From Macrostomum hystrix (Eukaryota; Animalia; Platyhelminthes): 64,000 bases of DNA. The position numbers were made by a program, and so were the translations under genes. The DNA is taken from positions 12,214,001 to 12,278,000 of the forward strand of contig CATNEN010000007.1 of NCBI GenBank assembly GCA_950097015.1, written 5' to 3'. The notes beneath the pieces were generated by a model that worked only from the letters and a program-made list of their open reading frames with translations, ran no database searches and had not been told where the DNA came from. The stretch's first letter is position 1, and every line of letters begins with the position of its first letter. Shown here in pieces: positions 28,218 to 40,384 of this stretch.

Positions 28218-28263
28218 CAGGGACAACTAAAACCCTCAGGTTTTAGGGTTTTAGTTGTCCCTG
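28218..28263. mobile_element. 46-bp hairpin insertion: 19-bp TIR cagggacaactaaaaccct, 8-nt loop, perfect 8-bp TSD ggttgagc
   Basis: TSD copies at 28210-28217 and 28264-28271. Confidence 0.75.
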
Positions 28264-29119
28264 GGTTGAGCTTGAGCCAAAAAGTGCAAATTGCCTGACC
28301 AGAGTTTGAGGAAAATGATCGTGCGTGTAATTCTCCTACCCCTCTGGGCATCTGGAGCGAAAGCGAGTTTAGTTCAGACTCAAAACAGTAAACACCAACC
28401 CTAGCTTTCTATTAGAATTATCCGTTTTTTGTCCTGATTCCATACAGGATTTTAGCTTTCAATGCATCACCTAAATAGAGCCTTGTGCCAGAGCTCTGTG
28501 CAGGCAGTGTAGCTCCTTATAAGACAGGCTGCCCTGTGCCACACTTCATTTGCATGCATTTCTACCTGATTGTCACGAGTAACGCCAGGTCGCGAAGTTA
28601 GCAAGTAGTGTACAAACTCTTGCCTACCATTTCGTTGAAGTAAAGCACAATATTTTTCACCCAGCTCGGATTTGCTGACTTGGGTGGGTAGATTAAGGAC
28701 CATCAAACAAAAAGCAGATAAGTTAGCACCTACTTTGACGCGAGTCAATTACATAAAAAGGATAAAGTCCAAGTCTACGGCATAAGTCAACATTTTGTTA
28801 ATTTGTTGCCACGGTAATTTCACTTCGTTTGGCTTCAAGGTTTATAATTTAACGCGATCAGAAAAATGTTTAAGGATGACGCAAGTTTATTTTATATAGA
28901 GAATGCTATTGATATTGTCCGTCCGTCCACCATGAAACACTCATGCTTCTCAGAGTTCATGAAGTCAAAGCGCCACGCAGCGCTAAAGCTAAGCTGCATG
29001 GCACTTAGCTTCAGCTGCAGCAAACCATGCATAATCAGTCTGATATTATTTTGCATAAGAAATGTTATGATCCCAAGTCTAGTGATAACACTTCTTTTTA
29101 AGTATTTGCATGGAATAAG

Positions 29120-29156
29120 CAAGGACCACTAGAAGGTCTTCTTCTAGTGGTCCTTG
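29120..29156. mobile_element. 37-bp hairpin insertion: 16-bp TIR caaggaccactagaag, 5-nt loop, near-perfect 8-bp TSD (ggaataag/ggcataag)
   Basis: Perfect stem read directly; CAAGG...CCTTG termini. Confidence 0.65.
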
Positions 29157-29515
29157 GGCATAAGGCAGTCGATTTGCAGTCGTAAATAGTTTGGCTATAA
29201 AATAGATGTCAAATGTATTGAAAGTATCAGTTATTTAAATGTATATATTCAGTCATATATACATTCTTTAAAGCAAAGAAACACTATCTGCTGAGCTTAT
29301 GATATGTTATACTCGAATGAAAATACAATTGAAGTTCAACCTGCTTTATTTCCACGAATCTGCAATCATGTATGTTGGACCTGCTTATTCTTCTTCGTGT
29401 TATTTAGGACTACGGCACGACTATTCGACTAATTAAGTAATTAAGGGCAAAAGCAAAACTGCAAGTTTGCGTCTTCAAGCAAAAGTTGCATTGTTAAAGG
29501 ATTTTCGTTAGCAGA

Positions 29516-32500
29516 ATGATGGTTATTATACAGTACATAGGAGCAGCATTGTTTATTTTTAGCGTCTTCTTTTTTGTTGTCATTCCGATGTTGCCGAATG
29601 GTTTGCAATACAGAACAAAAATGTTCGTCTACTACATGCTGCTGCTTATATATGGTTTTATTAGCACTGTTCTCTCCTTACCTACTCCACGAAAGTTAAG
29701 CAACTACAAGTAAGCATCTTATGTTTCGTTTGTATTTTATCAATAAAACACAACAATATAGAGGCTTAGAGGATTGTTTGGGCTAGCTACATCAAATTCC
29801 TCTTTAAAAATGTGTTGAAAGGAAAATACTTTATAGTTGCAGTTTTTAATGACAGCCACTGTTAACTGAAAAAGTAGCAAGCCTTAAGAGTAAAATAATA
29901 GAGGCAACCTTTTTTATTCAATTCCTTTTCTTTTTTTGCCTTATTACCAAAAGGAAAAAGAGATAAATGTTAATAATATAAATAAATAAATATAAAAAAT
30001 GGATATTCAATTCTTAGCAGCCTGATTTTAGACCTATAATTTCCTAATATTTGTGAAAGGGATCTAGTAAAAGGACAAGTAAATTTTAACTTCTCTTAAA
30101 GTCAGAAAAGTCTTTCAAACAAGAAATATCAAATATATATAATTTTCCAGGTTATTTAGTTGCAAAAACTTTCTAATAATTTTAGCTTCTTTTCTAATCT
30201 CTAATTTACAACACTTGTAGTAGGCTATGATATAGCAACCCAAGTAATGCTATATCAAATGCCTGATACATGATCATATTCTATTGGTAGGTAGCTAAGT
30301 AGCTAAGTTAAGCCACTAACTATATTAAAAGAGTTAAATCATAATAAAAGGAAGCAATTATATTCCTTTTAAGTGCAAAGTAGTTAATTTGAATAAGGTA
30401 GTTTACAGATAGTTGTTAGCATTTCTGCAATCTTTATATTCAGTGTTGTTTATTTCTTTAGGAGTGCTTCCTGACATCCTGCATCCCATCTTTATTGAGT
30501 TTAATATTGTACTTCGTTGTATTTCTGGAGAATCCATTTATCATGAATTTGAATACGTTTCTATCATAAACTGATAATGTCCTTGAAATGGAACCCAAGG
30601 TATCCCATGGCCTGCCTGACCTTCACCCGCTGGCTGTTTGGCATCCGTTATCGAATTAACAACCTGGCCAGGCTAAAGCAGCTGTCCGGCAGCTATGTGC
30701 TGGTTTCCAACCACCAGTCCAGCATCGACCTGATGGGCGTCGGCCTGCTGTGGCCCTACAGCTGCACCATTGTTTCTAAGAAATCACTCATGTTCGCTGG
30801 CTGGTTCGGCCTGGCCGCCTGGCTCTGCGGCTGCGTATTTGTCTCCAGGGGTCGCCAGTCCGCCCAGGCCGAGATGCGCCGCCTGGCCGCCCGAATGGCC
30901 CGCAAGGACGACACCCTGCGAGTGTGGATCTTCCCGGAGGGCACCCGGGTGTCCGGCGCGGACCTGGGCGAGTTCAAGAAGGGCGCCTTCCACCTGGCTG
31001 TGCAGGCGCAGGTGCGTGTCTCCTTGATTTATGGAGAATTCTCCCATATTCGATCCTTCCTCAGACAATACTAATATAATTATCTTATAATAAAATCCTC
31101 TATCAACAATTCGAGGAGAATTCTGCCATCACCAAATATCTCACCCGATAATTTAGGACAAACTTTGACACCCAGACTTTCCATATTGATTAGAATAATT
31201 GTGGCTCATTGCTATCATAAAGCTGTAATTATCAAAATTATTTTTCATCCTTGTGTGGCGGTCTGTTCCATTTGGTATATTTTCACCAAGTCATGTGCTA
31301 AAAGTAAGCCAATCGGATTGGTCTGTGGCTTGTATTCTTTCCTTATCGCGCTACTCCAACTAGTTTACCTTGGCTCTCCTAGCCGAGATTTTTGCATTTC
31401 AACCAAAATTGGTGTTCACCTTTCTAGCTTAGTTTGCCTGTTTGCGATAATTAGTATTTCAGGCACCTTGCCCTGACTTGCACCTGCGTGCACCACCTTG
31501 CCGGTTGGGCCTTGCGGCTGTCTTATCTGTGAGCCGCATCTGAGGGCGCGCTTGACTTTGAGCATAGAAGTTTGAAACAGGCCGCTGTGCTTTGCTTCTT
31601 TATTCTTATCTAGTGCGTCCATACTTTAGCACCGCATGAACTGTCAGATTTCAGGCTAAAATGGAAAAAATTCACTTGTTGATTGGACTTGAAGCTAATT
31701 TATATTCTAATTCTTCAGTTCCCCCCGATTCTTTATCTCCCCTCCGATTCTTCAGTTCCCCTCCGATTCTTTAGTTCCCCTCCGATTCCTCAGTTCCCCT
31801 CCGATTCTTTAGTTCCCCTCCGATTCCTCAGGTCCCCTCCGATTCTTCAGTTACCCCCCGATTCTTTATCTCCCCTCCGATTCTTCAGTTCCCCTCCGAT
31901 TCTTTAGTTCCCCTCCGATTCCTCAGTTCCCCTCCGATTCTTTAGTTCCCCTCCGATTCCTCAGTTCGCCTCTGATTCCTCAGTTCCCCTCCGATTCTTC
32001 AGTTCCCCTCCGATTCCTCAGTTCCCCGATTCCTCAGGTCCCCTCCGATTCTTCAGTTACCCCCCGATTCTTTATCTCCCCTCCGATTCTTCAGTTCCCC
32101 TCCGATTCTTCAGTTCCCCTCCGATTCCTCAGTTCCCCTCCGATTCTTCAGTTCCCCTCCAATTCTTCAGTTCCCCCCTGATTCCTCAGTTCCCCTCCGA
32201 TTCTTCAGTTCCCCTCCGATTCCTCAGGTTTTTCAGTTCCCCTCCGATTCCTCAGGTTTTTCAGTTCCCCTCCGATTCCTCAGGTTTTTCAGTTCCCCTC
32301 CGATTCCTCAGGTTTTTCAGTTCCCCTCCGATTCCTCAGGTTTTTCAGTTCCCCTCCGATTCTTCAGTTCCCCTCCGATTCCTCAGTTCCCCTCCGATTC
32401 CTCAGTTCCCCTCCGATTCCTCAGGTCCCCTCCGATTCCTCAGTTTCCCTCAGATCCAGAGTGTTATTTAAGCTTGGCCTGCCCCCCGCTCCACGCTAGG

Positions 32501-32718
32501 TGCCGGTACTGCCCATTGTGTTCTCAAACTACTCATCGTTCTACTCGAAGCGATCCGGCCTGTTCCAGCCGGGCGAAGTTGAGGCCAGCGTGCTGGAGCC
32601 GCTGCCAACCGCCGGCCTGACCGAAGCTGACGTCGGAGACCTCACCAAGCGCGTCCGGGACGTCATGAGCGCCGAGTACAGCCGGATGACGGCTGCCAGC
32701 GGACTCAAGACCGAATAA
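29516..32718 (+). CDS. AGPAT1/2: 1-acyl-sn-glycerol-3-phosphate acyltransferase (LPAAT, AGPAT1/2-like); exons 29516-29709, 30600-31011, 32500-32718
   Basis: NHQSSID, FPEGTR, FKKGAFHLAVQAQ|VPVLPIV motifs; hydrophobic exon 1; phases consistent. Confidence 0.92.
31712..32453 (+). repeat. 19-bp pyrimidine-rich minisatellite (ttcccctccgattcttcag), ~38 copies, in AGPAT intron 2
   Basis: Direct reading; most units end in Y-rich tract + CAG/TAG. Confidence 0.95.
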
Positions 32719-33774
32719 GTGGCGAAATTCTTTGCCCAGGTGCAGCCGCTTGGTAGAGCAACTGTCACCTGTCAGAAGTCAGATACGCAGATTCTGACGG
32801 ACTCAAATAAGTCTCTGAGATGGCTACTTACAATGGTATTTTATTCGCCTCGGATAGCAAACCGAATGTAGGAAGGAAAGAAAATGAAATGTTAGGCAAG
32901 CCATGTTGCTTGTGTGACTGGAACGTGTCGGTCTGTTGGTCGTCGTTTATTTATGAATAGCTTCCCGTTCTTTGTGCGGTGTAATTGATTGATTAACAAT
33001 CAATTGTGTTAAATTGTCTTACTACATGGCACTAAGAGGCAGAAAGTCGATTTACTAGTTGCTTTTTTATGTAAAACCCGAACTAATCATGACTAAATTC
33101 TGGCAACCATTTTAAATCCAAGGTTACATGAACACTTTCTCAATGGGCAAATTGGTAATCTTTCTTAGCTATACTGAGAAAAGTCTTAAAGAATTTAGTT
33201 AACTACATTTTAGTTAAAAAGACCGAACTGCCTCTCCGCTAAGTCACACTGTGTTATGCCTTGCCTACCTGTCGTCTCGTGATCACCGCTACGTGTATTT
33301 TTACTCTTCCATAAGTGAAAATAATTATTTGCTTTTTTTCATTGCTGCTTTTGCTTTTGCAAACGGCTGGAAACTGACAATTTGAGCACCAGCTTCATGG
33401 CGCCTGTCGCTTGTCTGATTGCCCGCATCTCTCATGTGTTCTAGCTTTCTGTAACGAAGTCACACTGGTCTTAGCTTACTCTGTGCAATACAGAATTCTA
33501 ACTTTTTAGTGCAATCTTAAAAACCTTTTTGATTTTTCGCAATGTGTACTATCACCTATTTGTTATGACTTTAGCGTCAATGGCAACGCGATTCGGCTAT
33601 AACTTTTATTCAATTAGCTGTTATTTTCACACTCATTAAGTCTCATCTGAGTGCAATTCTTCATTTCATGTTGTTCATATTAAGCTGCGTCAGTCAAGAA
33701 ACACTAGAAATAAATTGCCATTGTGAATACATTCATAGCCCTTCGCACCCGCTCTTTACTAATACCTGTGAACT

Positions 33775-33940
33775 GCAGCTGATTGGCTGGCATGAATGGA
33801 GGCACAGGCAGCTGATTGGCTAGCATGAATGGAGGCACAGGCAGCTGATTGGCTGGCATGAATGGAGGCACAGGCAGCTGATTGGCTAGCATGAATGGAG
33901 GCACAGGCAGCTGATTGGCTGGCATGAATGGAGGCACAGG
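33775..33940. repeat. 33-bp minisatellite, 5 copies
   Basis: gcagctgattggct[g/a]gcatgaatggaggcacag. Confidence 0.95.
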
Positions 33941-35607
33941 ACTCAGTTCCTGCAGAGATGACCAGTAAGATCTCAGCCTTCAAGGCGAGCAGCAGGCACA
34001 ACACAAGCATTTTTAGTGGTGAATAACAATAGTAACATTTATATTATTAATTTTAATAATAGTTCATTAACAAGCTTAGACGCAAATGCAGCTAGCATAA
34101 CAAAAGTGCAGAGAAGGAACAGTGAGATGACAGGCTGAAAATATATTATCAATTATAACGGGTAAAAAAGGATTGAAGAGCAGAGCTTTGCACTATCCAG
34201 TGTTGAATATAAAGCCGAGCACCTCACCCCAGAGCAGTCAGTAGTATGTAATGCAAACCTGCCCGCTTTTTTAAGTTTCCCTCACACCCCTGACCTGAAG
34301 ACTGCAGAATTAGTGTAGTGCTATTAGTGCAGTCAGTAGTGTAGTGAGAGTTCCTGCTGCACCAACTTCCCTGCTGCCGCACAGCTCTCAGCAACATGAG
34401 CATCAAGAGAGAATGAACAGTTTCCAGTTGACAATAAGAAATATGCCTATTGGATTTCTCAGTTCGCAAGAAAAGTTAGACAAGTAACGCCAGACAAGTT
34501 AGCATTGTACACAGGAGGACAGCAGACACGGCAACAAGCAGTAAGCTATCCGAGGACAAGAGCGCAAACAGTTACTAAGTAGAGACAGTCAAAAAATAAG
34601 CGGCATGAATAGCAATCATAGCTGCGAGCTCGGTAAACTGCTTGCCGTGTTCACTGACAGTAATATTAGCAGTAATTGGAGTAGAAATAACAGGCGGATG
34701 CATGCAAACCTTTGTCTTTATCAACTAAACCGCAAATCTCAATTCAGAGAGCTACGCGCATGGAAAAACTGCTAAACAGAAAACTGGGAGAACCGCGCAC
34801 AACAATTGGGAAACAAAAAGCAAGTAAACAAACTCAAGCAGACACAGAAACAAACAAGTTTAGCCAAAGTGAGCAAAACTCCTACAACGCTGGAATCAAC
34901 GCACATATAGAAGAGAATAGCAAAGGACAGTAATCAGAGGATGTAGCGTGTTCTAGCATAAGACCTAATGCAAACTCTTGAAAAGCCGACAATGACCTCG
35001 CAGCGGCGCGCTAAAAAATAAACAAAACAGAAAATATTCACCGCTTAACTTAAAAAAGTGAAACAAAAAAACAGCAGACAAAACAAAACTAACAAACCAG
35101 CACTGAAGATAACTTGTTGATTTGAAATACAGGACAGGCAAACACAATTAGACAGGACGAGCCGAAGAATTTGCTCAGAATCAGTGCTCGGCCTGATTGA
35201 GTCTAATCAGAAATTGACAAATAAATAAACGGAACGACCGGAGTGGCAGGTAAAGCCAGCGGGCCAATTAAGAAGAGTAAAAGATGGAGACCCATGTAAA
35301 AAACTGAGCGCCAACACAGGCGATAAAAGGGGCGAGTGGGATTAGCGTAAAATATGACTAATTAGTTAATTAAAACGGCACGGCGATAGTGTGATCAGAG
35401 TTGCTAATGCCTAGTGCAAGCGATCGAACGGTTGGGGAGGTGGGCCTAATGCACAAAACTACGCGTTAAGACTTGCCAGCTTGTAAATAAAAAGTTACAA
35501 AAAACAGTCACATAAAAAGATGAAAAAATCGAACACAGCGGACTTCTGAGCTCACTCTCCGGCCCGTTGTGGCCCCGGACTGCGGAGCGCAAAATAACTG
35601 AGCCAAA

Positions 35608-38600
35608 TTACCTGGAAGATTAAAACAAAAATCCGACATGCTACTGACAGTATCCACTACGAACATCATATGCTCATGTTTGAATGAGCGTTTGCACTAA
35701 ACCTTATGTAGATGCCTATAACCACTAAGGCTGTGTCATATTGCAGAAAAGAAAGGGTTCAGCTACCCACTGAAACAGCAGGAAGGGTTCAGCTACCCAC
35801 TGAAACAGCAGGAAGGGTTCAGCTACCCACTGAAACAGCAGGAAGGGTTCAGCTACCCACTGAAACAGCAGGAAGGGTTCAGCTACCCACTGAAACAGCA
35901 GGAAGGGTTCAGCTACCCACTGAAACAGCAGGAAGGGTTCAGCTACCCACTGAAACAGCAGGAAGGGTTCAGCTACCCACTGAAACAGCAGGAAGGGTTC
36001 AGCTACCCACTGAAACAGCAGGAAGGGTTCAGCTACCCACTGAAACAACAGGAAGGGTTCAGCTACCCACTGAAACAGCAGGAAGGGTTCAGCTACCCAC
36101 TGAAACAGCAGGAAGGGTTCAGGTACCCACTGAAACAGCAGGAAGGGTTCAGCTACCCACTGAAACAGCAGGAAGGGTTCAGCTACCCACTGAAACAACA
36201 GGAAGGGTTCAGCTACCCACTGAAACAGCAGGAAGGGTTCAGCTACCCACTGAAACAGCAGGAAGGGTTCAGGTACCCACTGAAACAGCAGGAAGGGTTC
36301 AGGTACCCACTGAAACAGCAGGAAGGGTTCAGCTACCCACTGAAACAGCAGGAAGGGTTCAGGTACCCACTGAAACAGCAGGAAGGGTTCAGCTACCCAC
36401 TAAACACCTGAGGGTGCGGCGCTCTGCGAGTGGATTTTACCTGCTACCTTGACTCACTCGAAGCTAAGCTATATTTCAGAGGCTCAATTAACCAAGCCAA
36501 CCGAACCTGACCTGTCACTTGGAGTGGCGTCTCACCAGTTCGCCTGCTGTCCATCCTGGGAGCCGCCCCAGCCGCTGTTGCTTTGACCGCCACCAGCGCC
36601 GGCGCCTCCGCTTCCTCCGCCACCGGTGCCCCACTGACCGACGCTGCCACCGCCTGCACCGCCGCCACCGCCCCAGCCGTTGGAAGAGCCGCCCCAGCCC
36701 TGGCCGCCAGTGGATTGATCCCAGCCGCCACCGCCGCCACCACCGGCGCCTCCGCCAGTCCCGCCACTTTGACTCGAGGAGCCCCAAGCCCATGCAGCGT
36801 TCTGTTGCTGCTGCGGCTGCTGTTGACCGTTCTGCCACGACTGCCACTGCTGCCACTGCTGCCATTGATTGTCGTTACCGGCCCCGCTGCCAGCTGGCTG
36901 CTGTGGCGGCGGCTGCGACTGCCGCAGGATGGCGTCGGCGTACTCGTTCATGCCCTGCCTGCGGTAGTACTCGGCCCAGGCCAGGCTGTAGTCCAGCTGC
37001 CCGGTCTGGCTGTTGAACTGCGGCGCGGGCATCGTCGGATCGGCGCCAGGAGCAGCCGCCGCGGACGACGAAGACGAGGAACCGCCTCCTCCTCCTAGCA
37101 GCAAGGTGTGGTGCGGGTCGTGAGGCAGGCCGGCCTTCTCGCAGATGAGGCGCACAGCCTCACTAATCTGGGGGGCCGAGCCCTGGATGTCGAAAACCTT
37201 CAGGCCGGTCTCATTGGCGCCGTGCTGATCGCGCTGGATGGAGACATAGGCACCAGAGACGCGGTTGATCTCCTTGACGGTCTCACCGCCCTTGCCGATG
37301 ACCAGGCCAGCTTTCTCGGCTGGCACAGCATAAGTGGTCGACTTTTTCTCCATGCCGCGCGGCCTGTCGGTGACGGGAATCTCGCCGGTCATGACGGCGT
37401 TGATGAGGTGGCGCACCCGGTCTAGCGCCTGCTGCACCGCCTGTGCGCTGCCGCCGACCTGCAGCAGCCGCTCTGGCAGGTCGTGATCCTGCGGGCCTTC
37501 CTGCCTGAACTGCACGCGCGCGCCCGTCTCCTGGCTGATCTTGCGCAGCATGTCACCACCCTTGCCGATGACAACGCCAACACAGCGGCGGGGCACGGAG
37601 ATTTCCTGGAAGGCATCGCCGTAGTTGCCGCCTCGATGACCTGGAGGGAACTCCTTGGCGTCCTTGGAGTTTAGCAGCTCCAGCACGAGATCCTTGGCGA
37701 ATTGCAGTCGATCCGACGGACCTGTGAAAGCACAGAGACTCGGACTTTTAGTTTCAACCGATCCTTGGAGTAGGTGCGAGAGGTAAACGCGTTAACCGCT
37801 CTGCCACTGACCCCCCTAGATTGTTAGTTACTTAAAGAGCTTCCAATCATCTGATTAAAGAAACAGCTTTCGCTCGCAACCAGAGCCAGTCTATTTGAAT
37901 TAGTTTCTGGGAACAGCCCTCATAGATGGCCATGGACTCACCGGAGTAGTTTCTGGGAACAGCCCTCATAGATGGTCATGGACTCACCTGAGTAGTTTCT
38001 GGGAACAGCCCTCATAGATGGTCATGGACTCACCGGAGTAGTTTCTGGGAACAGCCCTCATAGATGGTCATGGACTCACCGGAGTAGTTTCTGGGAACAG
38101 CCCTCATAGATGGTCATGGACTCACCGGAGTAGTTTCTGGGAACAGCCCTCATAGATGGTCATGGACTCACCGGAGTAGTTTCTGGGAACAGCCCTCATA
38201 GATGGTCATGGACTCACCGGAGTAGTTTCTGGGAACAGCCCTCATAGATGGTCATGGACTCACCGGAGTAGTTTCTGGGAACAGCCCTCATAGATGGTCA
38301 TGGACTCACCAGAGTAGTTTCTGGGAACAGCCATCATAGATGGTCATGGACTCACCGGAGTAGTTTCTGGGAACAGCCCTCATAGATGGTCATGGACTCA
38401 CCGGAGTAGTTTCTGGGAACAGCCCTCATAGATGGTCATGGACTCACCGGAGTAGTTTCTGGGAACAGCCCTCATAGATGGTCATGGACTCACCGGAGTA
38501 GTTTCTGGGAACAGCCCTCATAGATGGTCATGGACTCACCGGAGTAGTTTCTGGGAACAGCCCTCATAGATGGTCATGGACTCACCGGAGTAGTTTCTGG

Positions 38601-39942
38601 GAACAGCCCTCATAGATGGTCATGGACTCACCGGAGTAGTTTCTGGGAACAGCCCTCATAGATGGTCATGGACTCACCAGAGTAGTTTCTGGGAACAGCC
38701 CTCATAGATGGTCATGGACTCACCGGAGTAGTTTCTGGGAACAGCCCTCATAGATGGTCATGGACTCACCGGAGTAGTTTCTGGGAACAGCCCTCATAGA
38801 TGGTCATGGACTCACCGGAGTAGTTTCTGGGAACAGCCCTCATAGATGGTCATGGACTCACCAGAGTAGTTTCTGGGAACAGCCATCATAGATGGTCATG
38901 GACTCACCGGAGTAGTTTCTGGGAACAGCCCTCATAGATGGTCATGGACTCACCGGAGTAGTTTCTGGGAACAGCCCTCATAGATGGTCATGGACTCACC
39001 GGAGTAGTTTCTGGGAACAGCCCTCATAGATGGTCATGGACTCACCGGAGTAGTTTCTGGGAACAGCCCTCATAGATGGTCATGGACTCACCGGAGTAGT
39101 TTCTGGGAACAGCCCTCATAGATGGTCATGGACTCACCGGAGTAGTTTCTGGGAACAGCCCTCATAGATGGTCATGGACTCACCGGAGTAGTTTCTGGGA
39201 ACAGCCCTCATAGATGGTCATGGACTCACCGGAGTAGTTTCTGGTAACAGCCCTCATAGATGGTGATGGACTCACCGGTGATGCGCAGCGGTTTCTCATG
39301 CAGCGTGGCCGTGCTGGAGTCCTGGATGAGGAACATCCGCACGCCGGCCTTCTCCTGCAGGCTCTTGATGGTCTCGCCGTTCTTGCCAATCAGCAGGCCG
39401 ACCTTGGGTCCGGGCACGGACATCTCTAGGTAGTCCTGTCCGCGCGGCAGGTCAGATGGGTTGAAGGCGATGGTGTTCTTCTCGGCATTCTGGATCACAA
39501 TATCCATTAGCTGCTTGGCCATCTCGATCTGCGCGTGCGTGCCGGTTATGGTGACCGGCCGCAGGGTCCCCACGCTCTCCGGGCTGATCTGGATCTTGGC
39601 GCCGGAGTCGTCCTGAAGGCGGGAGATCGAGTCGCCACCCTTCCCAATCATCAGGCCGACGTAGCGATCGGGAATCGTGTGGTCCACGGTCTTGGTCATG
39701 GCGCCGTCGGCTGACAACTTGCCACCGTTGCCATTCCCATTGCCGCCGCCGCCGCTGCTGCTGCTGCCGCTGCCGCCCCGGCCCTGGCGACCGCCTGAAT
39801 TGTTTAACCTGCCACCGTTGCCATTGCCGGTGCCATTCCCAGTGCCATTGTTACTGCTGCTGCTGTTGTTGGAGGCAGACAACGCCAGGACGTCGTCCTC
39901 AATCGGGCCGCCAGCAGACAGCTGCGGTGAAAGCGTCAGCGC
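35608..39942 (-). CDS. FUBP1: Far-upstream element binding protein / KHSRP / PSI orthologue (4 KH domains + Tyr-rich AB motif); exons 39942-39276, 37721-36536, terminal G+TAA at 35611-35608 (or TGA at 36534-36532 if unspliced); first exon not found
   Basis: Four KH motifs (VGLMIGKGG, VGLLIGKNG, VGVVIGKGG, AGLVIGKGG), KPLRITG|PSDRLQFAKDLV junction, GQLDYSLAWAEYYRRQG motif. Confidence 0.92.
35752..36401. repeat. 30-bp near-perfect minisatellite (ggaagggttcagctacccactgaaacagca), ~21 copies, in the FUBP terminal intron/3'UTR
   Basis: Direct reading. Confidence 0.97.
37901..39276 (-). repeat. 46-bp minisatellite, ~30 copies, each carrying a copy of the FUBP 5' splice site (mostly CCG|GTGAGT)
   Basis: ctcacc at 37937 and 39271 are 29x46 bp apart; the first copy in transcript direction is the in-frame donor. 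Confidence 0.97.
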
Positions 39943-40194
39943 CTGCAAAATTGTCGGGGAAGAAGATTCCTGATAGCACAGTCAAAATAGACAGATGGAT
40001 AAAAACTGCACCAAACCCAGCTGGGCCAGATGTACAGTCCATGGATTGGATGGAAAATATCCATACAAAATTCCTCAGCTTCAGTGAACTGAGGTAAGAC
40101 TTTATCTTAGACCGATCTCTGGTACAGAAAGATTCTAGAGTACTAACCATACTGGACTACAACCTCCCTACATAACACAGCCTACTTTGGTTTC

Positions 40195-40384
40195 GTTTGA
40201 TAAGACTTATATTCAAGGCCCACACGCCATCAGTTTGTTAAGACTTATATTCAAGGCCCACACGCCATCAGTTTGATAAGACTTATATTCAAGGCCCACA
40301 CGCCATCAGTTTGTTAAGACTTATATTCAAGGCCTACACGCAATCAGTTTGATAAGACTTATATTCAAGGCCCACACGCCATCA
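40195..40384. repeat. 38-bp minisatellite, ~5 copies
   Basis: taagacttatattcaaggcccacacgccatcagtttg. Confidence 0.92.

Noticed and set aside
28243-28254. TTAGGG telomere-like motif
   Set aside because: Single copy, part of the hairpin TIR
28866-29132. Two overlapping AT-rich ORFs
   Set aside because: Short, no motifs, codon usage unlike most genuine exons
37901-39276. CRISPR-like regular array
   Set aside because: No unique spacers, no cas genes, eukaryotic intron
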